Below, in pieces: positions 40,041-52,439 of a stretch of 64,000 nt of DNA; within the stretch, counting starts at the first letter, position 1; the number at the start of each line of letters is the position of its first letter. The stretch covers positions 943,122-1,007,121 of the forward strand of contig MU004233.1 of assembly GCA_010405405.1 (NCBI GenBank). Reading direction: 5' to 3'. A program made the translations under genes and the position numbers. The notes beneath the pieces are model-generated. The model was not told the DNA's origin and ran no database searches. It was given only the letters and a program-made list of their open reading frames with translations. Source of the DNA: Microthyrium microscopicum (taxonomy: Eukaryota).

Positions 40041-41350
40041 CTAATCCTCCTCACTATCAAGCTCAATGCCTTCATACGGATCTCGCACAGGCTTGGCCTT
40101 CTCGCGCTCCTCCTCTGCTCGCTTTCCATGTCTCTCCGCGTACTCCTGCACAGCCTCTAGATCCGCTTCAAGTTCCAACCTCTCTTTGATCTCACTCGCC
40201 TTGTCAGCGGAGAAGCGGCCGGTCATTCCTATGTCCTTGAGCTTCTGGCGCAAATGGCGGATCTTTTCTTTGGGTGTATCAAAGTCTTTGAGTTCGCGCC
40301 ACCACATCTTGCGAACACCGCATTGCGTAAGCTGTTTTTGAAGCTTTTTGATTTCAGCGTCGTCGGGGTCTGATGTGTCCTTTGTGGCGGCTTTTGGTTT
40401 GGTGGGTTTGGTTGTCTTGTCTTTCTTGCCTTTCGGTTCGGATGACTTCTTCTTGCGTTTTGGAACTGGTCCATCGTCTATGAGGACGGACATGTCGCTC
40501 TCTGATAAGTTCTCGTCAACTGCTACATCGGGATTTTCTATAGTGGGACTGTTTGGTACGGAGGTTTTCGCTGGCGTCGCCTTCTTGGGGGTAGGTGATT
40601 TTTGTGGTGTTTTCTTGGCCGGTCTCTCCTCAGCAGGAGATTGGTCTTCATCCACATCCATCGCGTCTTCATCTACAGCCTCTTCTTTTGTAGCACCTTC
40701 TTCGGCATCCGATCCATAATCGCTGTCGTCTGAATCCTCTGAATCTTCCACCACTGTTGCTTTTCTTCTGCTGGCCGCAGTGGACTTTGTAGGCTTCGCG
40801 AGAACGGATTGTTTGAGGAGCTCGACGGTGCTGGGAGAGGCAGAGACTTCTGCAGAAAGTTCCGATGCCGAGTCTGGGGTCTCTGATTTCGCAGCCCTTT
40901 TCATCGGCTTGACTTTCTTCGCCGGAGTCACCTTCTCGGCCTTGAGGGTCCCTTTCTTTGCTTTAGGCGCGGCCTTTTGTTTCTTCTTGGGAGTATTGCT
41001 CTCTATGCCTTCGCTAGCGCGCTTCCGTCCACGCTTTGGTTGCTCCTCGATCAATTCCTTTGCAAATTGTTCGTCTTCTTCCTCGGGTTCTTCCGTTCTG
41101 CGCGCCTGGTACGCGTTAGTAACAACAGACAATTAGGAGTTAGTACACCCACGAAATCTTCTTGGATGAACAGCTTGCTCTTCTTATTCCACTCTGCATG
41201 TTGTTTGAACCAGCCCGCGTCTAGGTCAAGTTTTTCCTCAGCTTTCTTTCGCACAAGTGTAACAGTCATGGCGTCTTGATCATCCTCATCGAAGAACGTG
41301 TCGATTGCGCGGCGCAATGCAGTCTCGATTCGCTTGGCGTTCGGAGCCAT
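40041..41350 (-). CDS. HIRIP3-like acidic/basic chromatin protein with a C-terminal conserved domain. Intron 41152-41106
   Basis: TVTLVRKKAEEKLDLDAGWFK; K/E/D-rich linker; IKKLQKQLTQCGVRKMW...LKDIGMTGRFSADKASEIKERLELEADL. Confidence 0.85.
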
Positions 41351-42125
41351 TATTAATGATGTGGCCACGCGATCGAGGATCAATGGAAAAAGGTAAAACG
41401 GTGATCAAAAGAGGATCAATCGGCAGATGTGACTGTTAGTAAACAGCAGTGACGGAGCTGGAAACTGTGTGGGCGGGGAAGCAAAACAGAAAATTGAACT
41501 GACGTCGCGACGCGCCAGGGAACGTGCGCGACATCGTGAACTTGTCACTTTCCAGTCTTCGCATTTTAGCACCACTGCCTTTTCACATTTTCACATTTTG
41601 ATTCTCGAACTCTCTATTCGCTTTGAAGATCATTTCTTATGTCTGTGTTTTTATGTAAGTATAACTCCACGTCTTTGATGGCGAATTGCTCCCACCAAAA
41701 TGTCCCGCATTGGGGATCCAAGCAAGTGCCGGGTGGCAAGAACAACTCTTCCATCTTTCCAACCAAACTACTCTGAAGTCTTTCAAATCCTTACTCTGAC
41801 AAGTAGAGAAGCTCTTGAGTTTGGCATCAGTCATACAATGACACAAGAGAGGCATTTAATGCTGCTTCTAGACTCCTCCCGCGTGCGACATAAAAGGGAC
41901 AGGCCGCTCACCCGCAAAACTTCTTTTAGCCACATGATCAACTTGCAAATAAGACTGAACGTCTCCTCTTTTGATAAAAATTTTACTTTATTTCAATTTG
42001 TTCGTGTCTTCGAACTTCTCTGAGGGCTCGAATCTCGATAATCCTCAGCTTCAACGCTAAACTGCGTTGGCACGACCAGAGCTCTTCACAACTCCAGACG
42101 CTACACAACAATGCCGTGGGTACTA

Positions 42126-42175
42126 CACCCAAACCTAGAATGTGGTTGCGCGCGACTCTCTCCCCCCCATGCATT
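42126..42175 (+). repeat. Left TIR; imperfect subterminal similarity extends to ~42230
   Basis: cacccaaacctagaatgtggttgcgcgcgactctctcccccccatgcatt is the exact reverse complement of 45857-45906. Confidence 0.97.
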
Positions 42176-42553
42176 AATTGCTAGTTTTTTCAGGATTCTA
42201 CCAATCACACGCAAAATTGCCTATAGAATTGGAATCTATGAAATTCTACTAATCATAGGTTAATTTCTATGCTAAAGATTTTAGTGCTGGTTTATGGCGT
42301 TAGTATGCTAGATCTTAGTGTTTTGGTATCCAAAATAATTAGCTTCTTTTAGTCTACTAAGATAATATCATCTAGTATTCTACCATAGCATCTAATCTTC
42401 TACCATAGTAATTTAACTATTTTAAGGAGACACCGTTACCAAAACATGTAAGATTTTAGGTATTATTGTATGATATCTAGCTAGTCCCTATTACTTTAAC
42501 TTTCTAAGTCCTATCTTTATCAAATTTCATCACAATTTGACCCTACCACTATT

Positions 42554-44143
42554 ATAGCGCCTATAAAGGAGTCTAAGAAGAAGAAGAAGATTATTCCTTA
42601 GTCTTTACGACGTTCTATACGTAATCCAATTCCCTCCGCTATCGCTAGAGCTAATGGTATTCTTCCTACTACTATATCCTCTTTAATTACTTCAACACCT
42701 CCCTTAAGCTACCCTCTATTACTTCCTCATCCCTTAGGGTCTTCTTTAAGTACTCAAATCGAACTAGAAACTCAGTATCCTAAATCTTAACCACTGCCAG
42801 AATCTCAACTTCCTAAGGTTATAGAAATTGACCAATCAGAGGCCAAGAACGCCACAAACAACGACGAAGATCTTCCTCCCCTTGCTATTAACATAATAAT
42901 AAAGTTTTTGGTTAAATATTAAGGAAAGGAGATAATTATAAAGGCAGAATTCTAACACATACATATCCAATGTCTTTCTAGTCTTTAAGAGGCCTATAAT
43001 TAAGTTGTGCGAGATCAGGATAGGCAGTTTACTACTAAGAACCGTCCACGCTTCAACTATTCGATCTCTTTAAAGTTATTAATTATGTCGTTAACATTAG
43101 TTATGTTAAGGAAGATTGTACCAGATTTTGCTTGCCCGTTGCTTAAACACCCTCTAGAGGCTGATCTTAATCAATTCAAGCCTCTTAACACTAAAATCAA
43201 TAACTAGTAGGAAACATATTAGACTTAGCAACCCAAATTTACCCTACTTCTAGTCTTCAAAGCTTCACAAAGCGCTACAGGAAGTAATAACGTTATCAAA
43301 GCTTCAACTTCTACTATGTCGCGAGAACTTTAAAATCAATGTCTTAAAGCAAGCCAAACGGATCCTACTAACGCTGTTATTACCACTAATTCATAGGCAT
43401 CTCAGAATATACCTAATGCTACTATCTTGTAAGAACTTTGCGAGTTGAAGATGTCTAAATTAATTAATAAGTATAAGTGCCATTATACTACCTATCCTTG
43501 GTATAAGAAGGAGTATTGTTAGGTTAATAGATGCTATAACTATTATATCTTAAGCTAGGATTAGCTTAAGATTTAGGTGAGAGAGTAGGCTCTTACTATA
43601 CTAAATGTAGACTTAACTTAGGCTTCTATAGCTATTTATAACCAGCTTTGACACTATCGTTCTTTATAGTTCCTAAGCAATAATTAGCCTTCTGAAGGTG
43701 TTGCTATTACTAGATCTAGAGTCGTTATATATAATTACCTTAGACTATACCTATCTAGATTAGCTATAACGCCACCTAGTAGTAAAGATATTGCTCCTCC
43801 TATCTCTCTAATACTACGAAATACTACTATTTTTAGTAAGCTAAGTAGCTTTAAGAAGTAGGCGCTAGTTAGGCTTACTAGCGTTAGTAATTAAGATTTA
43901 ACTAATCCTATTGCTATTAAGGTTAAAAAGATTATAGAGATAATGCATAAACGCTTTATGCGTCCCCTTAATGTTATCTATAATAGTTCTTATTATAAAT
44001 AGTTACTTAATCACGGTACAAATAAATATATCTTAAGTTCTATTTAAGATTATGTTTAGGAATAGTAGTCCAAAGATTAGAGTACTTAAAATCACCCTAG
44101 TCTTGTTAAGAGACACTTTATACGTATTACTAATATAGAATGA
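42554..44143 (+). pseudogene. RIP-inactivated second ORF of the transposon (~529 codons, unknown function)
   Basis: One continuous frame from ATA-GCG-CCT (inferred ATG; MAPIKESKKKKK) to TGA 44141-44143. Internal stops are almost all TAA/TAG, as RIP makes from CAA/CAG/TGG. Contains YKCHYTTYPWYKKEYC*V...YIL...LKI*. Confidence 0.8.
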
Positions 44144-44466
44144 GTTTAGTTTTGATAGTATTTGCCCAAAAATCAATATTATAGTTATTCAAAAGTTATA
44201 AATATCTAGCCTAAATACAGAATATTGTAAGGTATTAGCTAAATCTTGCTATTATAATTTAAGATTATGCATAAGCTAGCTAGAATAGGCAATAGACTAA
44301 CTAAAAGAAGTATAGGTTAGGGTTCTAGAATCTAGATCTAATAAAACATAACTTAAGATCTCTACAAAGTGTCTAATCTAGAAGATTACTACTAAAACTC
44401 TACTTTATTACTATACAATCTTTATGACAAAACAAGTAAATTTAATTCTAAAAAAAATACCCCTAC

Positions 44467-45574
44467 CTAGCCAGTCTATCTAGCATATTTAAAATGCTTC
44501 TTTACGCGTCGTTTATCCTTTCCTAGCATAAGAATTCCGCGCTTAAAGACTTCTCTAAAAATTTTAAGTCTCTCTTCCTAATTTCTTGCAATATCGTAAT
44601 TAGGATGATGCTGCTTTAACTAAGACTTTAGGTCTCTAAAGAATGCTTTAATTAGATTAAGGTTAGGGGAATAAGGTAATAAATATTCTAATTAAACTCT
44701 ATGCTAGTTACAAATATCTTAAACATTACTATTATAATAAAAGGACGCGTTATCTATTATAATAATACTATTCTAAGCTAGGTAGGAATAACAATAGTTA
44801 CGTAGTAAGTCGTTATTAAGCTAATCTTTAAAGCCTTCTTAATTAGTATTAGCTTCATAAATTGCTTTATCTAGTATGCCATTTATGGTATAAGTAAGTA
44901 ATAAGTTAAGGCGCTTTTGATACTCTAAATAGTCATATAAGATTATATCTTTACCTATAGGACTCTAGCTTATTTAATGGTGAGTATCTAAGGCAGTACA
45001 ACCACTTTCATCTACAAAAATGAGCTAGTTAACATTATAAATCTTTATACGTTTATAGTATGCCTAGCGTTAAAGTCCATAGCGTTATTTTACGATCTCT
45101 TTAACCTAAAGAACATATAGAATTAGTATAAAAACTAACAGATTAGTTACTATAATAACTTACTCACTTTCTAGTCTATTTAGCGCGCTTCAGCTTAAAG
45201 AAGATAATAGATCTGCCATAGTTAACGTTTAGCTCATGCCACATTAGAAGAGATAACTCGTCAACGAAGTAAGTCCCCTTTAGGGCTAGGACTTTAAGCA
45301 TAAAATTGCGTATAGAGTTAGATATTTACAAGATGCAACTAAGGGTGTATTTAGGTCGCTTAACATACTCTAAAGTTACTATATCTAATCGATGGCGATA
45401 GCGGCGAATAGTATAATGACTACAACTAGCGTGTTTAGTAATAGCAGCTACTGAATAGCCTATTTGGAGCATCGTAATAATAGTAACACGTTTATTACTA
45501 GAGATATAACGTCCAGGTCAAGATAGGATTCGATCCTATTCAATTTAAGCTACTTCTAACTAAATAGGGTCCAT
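44467..45574 (-). pseudogene. RIP-inactivated DD34E transposase with a probable 58-bp intron (45163-45106)
   Basis: HTH region with TYFVDEL; LIFVDESG; IIDNASFY; EYLLPYSPNLNLIK (= YLPPYSPDLNPIE after reversing RIP). 34 residues lie between the second D and the E position. Confidence 0.92.
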
Positions 45575-45856
45575 AATAAGATAAGATATAATGGTACAGG
45601 ATAAGGATGATTAATTTATATGTAAATAGGTAAGAAAACATTAAGAGACGTCTAAACAGACATGTCCTAAAGACTAGCTAAATGCGAGCTTTTAAACGGT
45701 TACCAAAACACCAAAATTGGTACACTAAATCTTCTATACTAAGCCAAAATTAGGTACACTTATACTCTAGTACGATATAGTTCTGATTTTCTACCTCCCA
45801 GCTTCATAGGCAATTTTACGTGTGATTGGTGGAATTACTGCAGGAATGCGAAAACA

Positions 45857-45906
45857 AATGCATGGGGGGGAGAGAGTCGCGCGCAACCACATTCTAGGTT
45901 TGGGTG
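45857..45906 (-). repeat. Right TIR
   Basis: aatgcatgggggggagagagtcgcgcgcaaccacattctaggtttgggtg followed by TA. Confidence 0.97.
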
Positions 45907-45987
45907 TAAGCTAGTCCGTTCAATCATTAACCATTAGCCATTTTTGGTCTTCACCTCCTTCTCCTCGTCATTAGTTATTGGAATGCT

Positions 45988-47664
45988 TTATTTCTCGGCC
46001 TTGCGTGGCTCGAGTAGTAGTTGACCGGATGGACCGCTCTTCTCCATGAAGCCGTCCTCGCGGGTGAAGACACGGCGTCCACGGAGCCATGTTTCGCGGA
46101 CGACACCTTTCATCGTCTTGCCCTCGTATGGGCTGCACTTGTTGCGGAAGAGCATGGTACTTGGTTGAACCTAGAAAATCGTTAGCATTCAGCGTATTTA
46201 TGTAATGGTGGAGAACTTACCACAAACTCTGCCTCATCATCAAAGACGGCAATATCAGCATCATACCCAACAGCAATATCGCCCTTCGTTCCCTCCAGGC
46301 CAACTTGCTTCGCAGTATTAAGACAGCACCACCGCACCACATCCTCGATACTGATCTTGCGCTCCTGGCCTTCCGTCCACAGAATGCTAAGTCCTAGACC
46401 GACACTGCTGATTCCACCCCACGCAGCGAAAAAGTCGCCCTCTGTGCCTTCGACTTCGGAACTCGATACGGCGCCTGGCATGTGTGCGGGCAGTAATTTG
46501 AGATCTGGTGTGCATGGCGAGTGGTCGCTGACGACGGTCTTGATCACGCTGTCGTCTTCGCGCGTTAGCTCGTCCCATAGACCGTCTTGGTTGGATTGTT
46601 CGCGGATGGGCGGGCAGCACTTGTGTCGGGTGTCGCCGGCTTTGATGCGCTCGGCGGCTAGGGAGAGGTAGTGGAAGCATGTTTCGGCTGTGACTTTTAT
46701 GCCGTTGGCGCGTGCTTCGCGGAGGATGGGGATGGCCTGGATGGCGGACAGGTGGACGATGTGGAGCGGGAGGTTGGGGGCTAGGTGGGCCAGTGAGAGG
46801 ATCTCTTCAATGGCGTAGGTCTCGAAGGATGGTGGGCGTGAGTCGAGGAAGGTTTGATAGTGCTCCAGTGGACCAGTGGGTGCGAGAGGTGGCAGTGAGT
46901 GTTGCACGTCGTCACCGACGGATGCGGCGATGGGTGGGATCATCTCGGCATGGAACATGCATGTCGTTGGCTCGTCGGCGAGTTGCTCGAAGGCCTTGCG
47001 GATGTCTTCGGATGAGACGGCTGGGAACTCATCGACCTGTGTGACATGTTAGGTATGATTGTATTGAGGAGAGGAGTATACTTACACCACTGTCTATTAG
47101 GAAGCCTTTGAATCCACGGACACCTTCACGGACAAGAGCTTTGAGTTCCCTGGCATTGCCAGGAATGAGACCGCCATAGAAGCCGACATCTACCCAACAT
47201 TTTCCTTGGGCGGCGGCAATCTTCTCTTTCAGGCCGGCGACGGTGGTAGTGGGTGGGATGGCATTCAGCGGCATGTCAATGACAGTAGTGACACCACCAA
47301 AGGCAGCAGCACGAGTGCCAGTCCAGAAGCCCTCCCATTCAGTCCGACCAGGCTCGTTAAGATGCACATGAGCATCAACAAGACCCGGGATCAGAATCTT
47401 TGGCGAATGGTCGACATAGAAGGTGCCAGGTGGGAAGCTTGTCTCCGCAATCACCGAATTGAATATGGACTCAATTTTACCAGTGGAATGCGATATGATA
47501 ATCGTAGCAGGAGTAAGACGACCACCAATGACTGCTCTTGAGGAAGCCAAGACAGTGATTGGCGGGCCGTCAATGCCTGGCGACGATGCACCACTGCCGG
47601 TGGTTGTGGAGATGGAGGCATATGAGGCCGCCCTGGCTATGTCGACTGTTGCATTAGGAGCCAT
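45988..47664 (-). CDS. DAL1: Allantoinase. Introns 47085-47037 and 46220-46171
   Basis: PGLVDAHVHLNEPGRTEWEGF, GGVTTVIDMPLNAIPPTT, HIVHLS, ETCFHYL, KCCPPIR, VSDHSPC, AWGGISSVGLGL, FRNKCSPYEG. Confidence 0.97.
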
Positions 47665-50200
47665 GGCTGATGATGCTGATTGATCAGTTGCAATGATAAA
47701 GTTGTTTTAGCTGACCGTTGGGTTAGATACAGATCGTGCCTTATCGAACAACGGAGCCTGGCGATATGCGGCGCTGTTGATTGGTAAACTTACTGGTGAA
47801 AGTCCTGCTTGACATAGGACTTGATAGCAGGGCTTGTGTGAGGTGGCTGGATGTGGAATGTAAGAGTCAAGTGAGTCTTTCACTTGTGGATTTCACAATA
47901 TGGTCAAAGATTATGGGAAAGAACACAAGAGCAAGGTGAAATCCGGGGTGCAGAATATTTGCTTATCGCTACTATCTTCTTTGTGGACTGCTATCTTTAT
48001 ACCAGGCCGGCTACATTGCTCCGAGACAGGCACGCTCTCTCGCTGTGGTCAGCAAGAGTGTGTGCTGCTGCAATGTATTACTCGATACAAACTCAATATC
48101 CAAGGGAGTCGATTTACTTATCAGTCGGAAATGCCCGGTGTATCGACCAATTGTGGACCCTGAGATTAGTGTGTAACCTACTAGATCTAGCCTGCACGTC
48201 AAGTTTGTCGACACAGGGCTCTAGGCTCTCCGCCTCTCCCCAAGAGATATGCAACAGAATGGCAGTCAGAACCGAAGCTGGTCTGTAGGTATCATTGGCT
48301 CTAGACACGAAAAGAGAGCGGACCGGATGCCTTGGGCCAATGAGTTGGTGAGAGAGAGCAAGGAAGGCAGCCTTTTGAACGGTGGTTCGCTGAATGCCGT
48401 GGGAAACTCAAGCACCGTCCGTTACGTTATCTCGTATTAGCCGTTTTTGATCTAGCGCATCAGGGGTCCTTATCTCTAGCCTGCATGTCCCAACGAGTGT
48501 TCGTTGTCTTTCATAAGACTTCCAAGTCTCCAAACAAAGCCAGTCACTTTACAACCTGTACACCACTTTCCAACAACAAAGCCTTGTTCAACAAGGCCTA
48601 AAACAGTCGCTTGCAGTTCACGCTCTTTGTCTCACACAAAAACCGCATCGACCCCGCAAGTTTGGCGCTGCTGTTGCACCGCGGACCGAAATTCACGGAA
48701 TATACTCCGTCCTCGCATGACCGGCCCGGGATGGGTTCCTATCGAGTAACGGAAACGTTGATCGAGTAATAGAAACACCATGAACAGAGGTACGATGCAT
48801 ACTATCACCAAAATACTTTTCTACCTACCCCGTTTGCAGCCTTAGCTCCTTGAAAAGGTTTTCTCAAATCTTTTCCTTGTTTTTCATCATACATGAGACT
48901 GTGAGCACTTTTTGACCTCGGAAATATCTTTCATTCTGGGTTAGGTTCTTGAATTCGTTTGGTACACGAATCCTCCGGGCAAGAACAACAGCCGCCGGCA
49001 TGATGTAATCGAGTCCTTTTCAATTACCATTGTTTCTAGCGCTACCGGAGATTATCCTTCGACCACCTTTTTGTGATTTTCGTAGAGCATGCCATCCGTG
49101 TCTTATGTATGGCTTGCGACGTTGGTTCCGACCAAATTGGAATTCTAGCCATTTTAAATTCACTTTGATCTGTTTCTAGTCTGAGGAAGTAGGTTTGAGA
49201 CTCCAGTACAGTCTGCCCACGGGTTGCAACGTCATTCATGCTGCTAGTCTTGATTCAAACACAGTGAACGTCCCATCTTTGACCTGGGCTTAGACGATCT
49301 GACGTGGGAGCATGGTAGTTGTAAAATCAACATCGGAGAGGTCTTCTATATATTTGATGTCTTGGGATTTTGCCATGTGATGTGTACATGAGGCGAACAG
49401 ACTGGCTTTCTAGACTAACATACATTCTCTCATTTAACAAGTACGTACCTGTCTAAGTACTTCTTCTCCTAGGCTTGCTAGCATACAAATGATAGCCCTG
49501 CTCTTTTCATTACCTAGGTACTTCGAATAAGATGAGGTCTCTACGATCTGGTCTTGCTGTCATATATGAAAGCTGTTCGCCGCGTTCGTGTTGAGTTCTT
49601 TATCCCTCTTGATATATCCAATGCATTAGGTAGTTATACTTTACTTCGATGGAGAAATCAACATTAGATTAATTATGCACTTAGCTACCATGTGCTACTA
49701 CTTATACCGGTCAATAGGCAGTTTTACAGGTTCTTTGTCAGTCAAAGGGCCACCAGTTGACAAAACAACACTATGCTCCGATGAATCGGCTATCTGAATC
49801 ATACTTCATGAAATCGTTATACTTTCATCCTCAGTGATATTTAAAGCGTCCGCTTATCTTCATATAAATCTGCTTGGAGACAAGTCAATCGAGAGGATAG
49901 ACCATCTACTCATAGATGGATCTTGCTGAGGAAGAGTCTCATGTACCATAAGTAGACCTCACACTGAATAAGCCATATCATTTATCTTGTTTACACGTCA
50001 GGGGTACCCAAACAAATCGCCGATTTTCTTGCATTTTTTTTGTTATTTTCGAGTCGAGGCCACAGTCTCAGCTAGGATTGTGACGTTCGACTGTTTCCTT
50101 AATTTCCAACTCAAAATTCAATCACACCCTTCCAAAAACAAAGTCGTTCCAAAACCTCAATCTTTCACCACAGAGACTACCTCTCATTCGCATGAGATCT

Positions 50201-51117
50201 TCAAGCCGAGTCCCCCTCGGCCCGTACAACTTTACTCTCCCCAAAATAGTCCGTTTCAATCTGATGTGGAGTGGCTCGTCCTCTTCTCATATCAAAGACT
50301 TTGAACAATTGTTCGATCATTGCGTCCACTGTTGCTTGCGAAGTTCTTGGGCTGACAACAGAGATTCGGAGAACAACTTCATTCCGGAGACCTGGTGGAG
50401 CATCTTTGTCCTTGATGGGAAGTCCTCTGTGAGGTATCCTAATCTCAGTCTTTCCATAATTTCCATTGCCATCCACTTGTAGAGCACCCTCTGTAAAGAC
50501 GTTCAAGCTCCTCCCGTCCATGAAATGGGGAACAGCCATGAGCAGACGTCTGTCTGTCCGCTTGGCGAATTCAGTGGTGACTGCAGTGTAAGTGATAAGT
50601 TGAGTACTATCAGCCCCACCGCGGCGCCAGTAGAATTCATCGGGATCCTATGAAGTCAATTATGAGTAAATGATATTAGGTTGGAATAGATGGTAGATGT
50701 ACATACCAATCGAAGGACTAGGCTTACAACTACCTGTCTGCGTACGTTCTTAGTTGGCGTGCTGACGTGAAACGTCTTCTTAATAACTTGTAAATGTGAG
50801 TCCACTAATTGTTGGACTGGATAGCCGTCCACTTCTTGTCTTGAGTCGAGGTTTTTGTCGCGTACAAAAAGATTGCCCGCGTTGAAGATGAAAGAGTGAT
50901 CTGATAGCTTTATTTTGCCCCCTTTTGTGTCTTGATATTCAATCTGGAATTTGGCGCTAAGCTGCTTGTCTTGGAAGATGTCTGCCCATGCTACAGAATA
51001 GTGAATGTCTTTCTTCTCTTCCGCAAGTGATACTTTGTGTGTATCGGTGTTTCGAGGTTGGCCATGGGACATTTCGTAGATCGAAAAATTCCCTGGAGTG
51101 AATTGAGAGCTCGACAT
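50201..51117 (-). CDS. Orphan hypothetical protein of ~285 aa. Intron 50706-50648
   Basis: A GTATGT...TAG intron joins the 50656..51180 and 50201..50539 ORFs in frame (LVLRL|DPDEFYWRRGG). Globular-looking composition. Confidence 0.7.
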
Positions 51118-52439
51118 GATGACTGATTCGGAGAACTGCGAGCGTATACACGTGTGGATCTGTGAAGCCGTTCGACTCAAACCAGTTGAGCAGACGAATA
51201 ATCGAAAGAGTAGTGAAGTTGATATGAATGTTGTTATAAGGAACTGTTGGACTCAAACCAGTTGAGTATAGATTGATGAGATCGAATGTGGATTGGATTG
51301 TTGATGGTATGACTTCTACAATCTTGTCCATTTGACAGATATAAATATCCATCTTTCGTGGCCATTGCACTGAATTCAAACACTTGCACAAACGATGAAC
51401 TTCACGAAATCATTGAAGATAGACCATCTGCCAACGAGGGGGTTTGGCGGAGAGTCGTCAAACAGCGGAGTGATGACTGGAGGGAAGCATAGCGACGAAT
51501 GAGCTGATTGACTGGGCCCATAATGATTCTGGTGGTAGACTTTGGCTCTCGTATGGGCAGGGCAAGCTTGGAAAAGGGGTATCGTACTGGCTGTCAGGGC
51601 GAATAAGACAACCAGTATCTTCTCACAAATTACCCTTTTACCAATGACATTTATCTCAACATACATTCTCAAGATATTTTGGTTGTTAAGTATGATGGAC
51701 AGATTGGCAGTCTCCTATTACAATACGGAATGGCGGCTATCTTCTTGGCCCAGCATTGAGCATCACTGAGCTCCAGCAAAAGAACAAACAGATTTTCATA
51801 TAGTTTGAATTTTTCAACAATGTCAGAGACTCTCCATGTTGCTACTTCAGCAAACTAATTTCGGTTTGACGTGCGGGTGATTGATATTTTGATAGATCGG
51901 TGCCGTGTCAATGTAACTTCTGCATAAACGTCTTGTCAAAGCATACCCAAAATTAACATCAGTGAATCATCAAAGCGTAACCAACGTATCTAAACAGACA
52001 GTAAACGACACATTCCAGAGTGAATAACACATCAAAGCTTCCTGACTTTGACTTCACGCCAAACGATACGTAAACAAAAGACAACAGACCAAACGCCACC
52101 AATGAAGATGAATTGAGACGGAGATTCATAATATACATCAAAGCAATCATGATTTTTGAATTCTACTCTTTACTAATCCATGAGTAGAAATATCTGCATC
52201 TCTCCAGCTGAATTTTGGCCAACCCCCAACGCCATGGCCAACAACAGCATTTGATCTACAATCAATATCACCAAACAACCACCGTAGATCTTTTTAGTCG
52301 TTTGCATAAGTAATCAACAAACCAAAGCATCAGAAAGTACCACGGTATCAGTTACCATGGGCTCAGAGAGGAGAGGCACAACCATGGCTTCTAGCGAAAC
52401 AGGTTCAGGCAACACGAGTTGAGGTGCAGCGGCGACATT

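Larger units (their letters stand above)
42126..45906. mobile_element. Complete RIP-mutated Tc1/IS630-superfamily DNA transposon (~3.78 kb) with two convergent ORFs
   Basis: Perfect 50-bp TIRs, TA at 42124-42125 and 45907-45908, a very TpA-rich interior, and DD34E transposase motifs. Confidence 0.95.

Noticed and set aside
41679..42123. Broken ORFs left of the transposon
   Set aside because: No recognisable product; cannot show that the insertion disrupted a gene.
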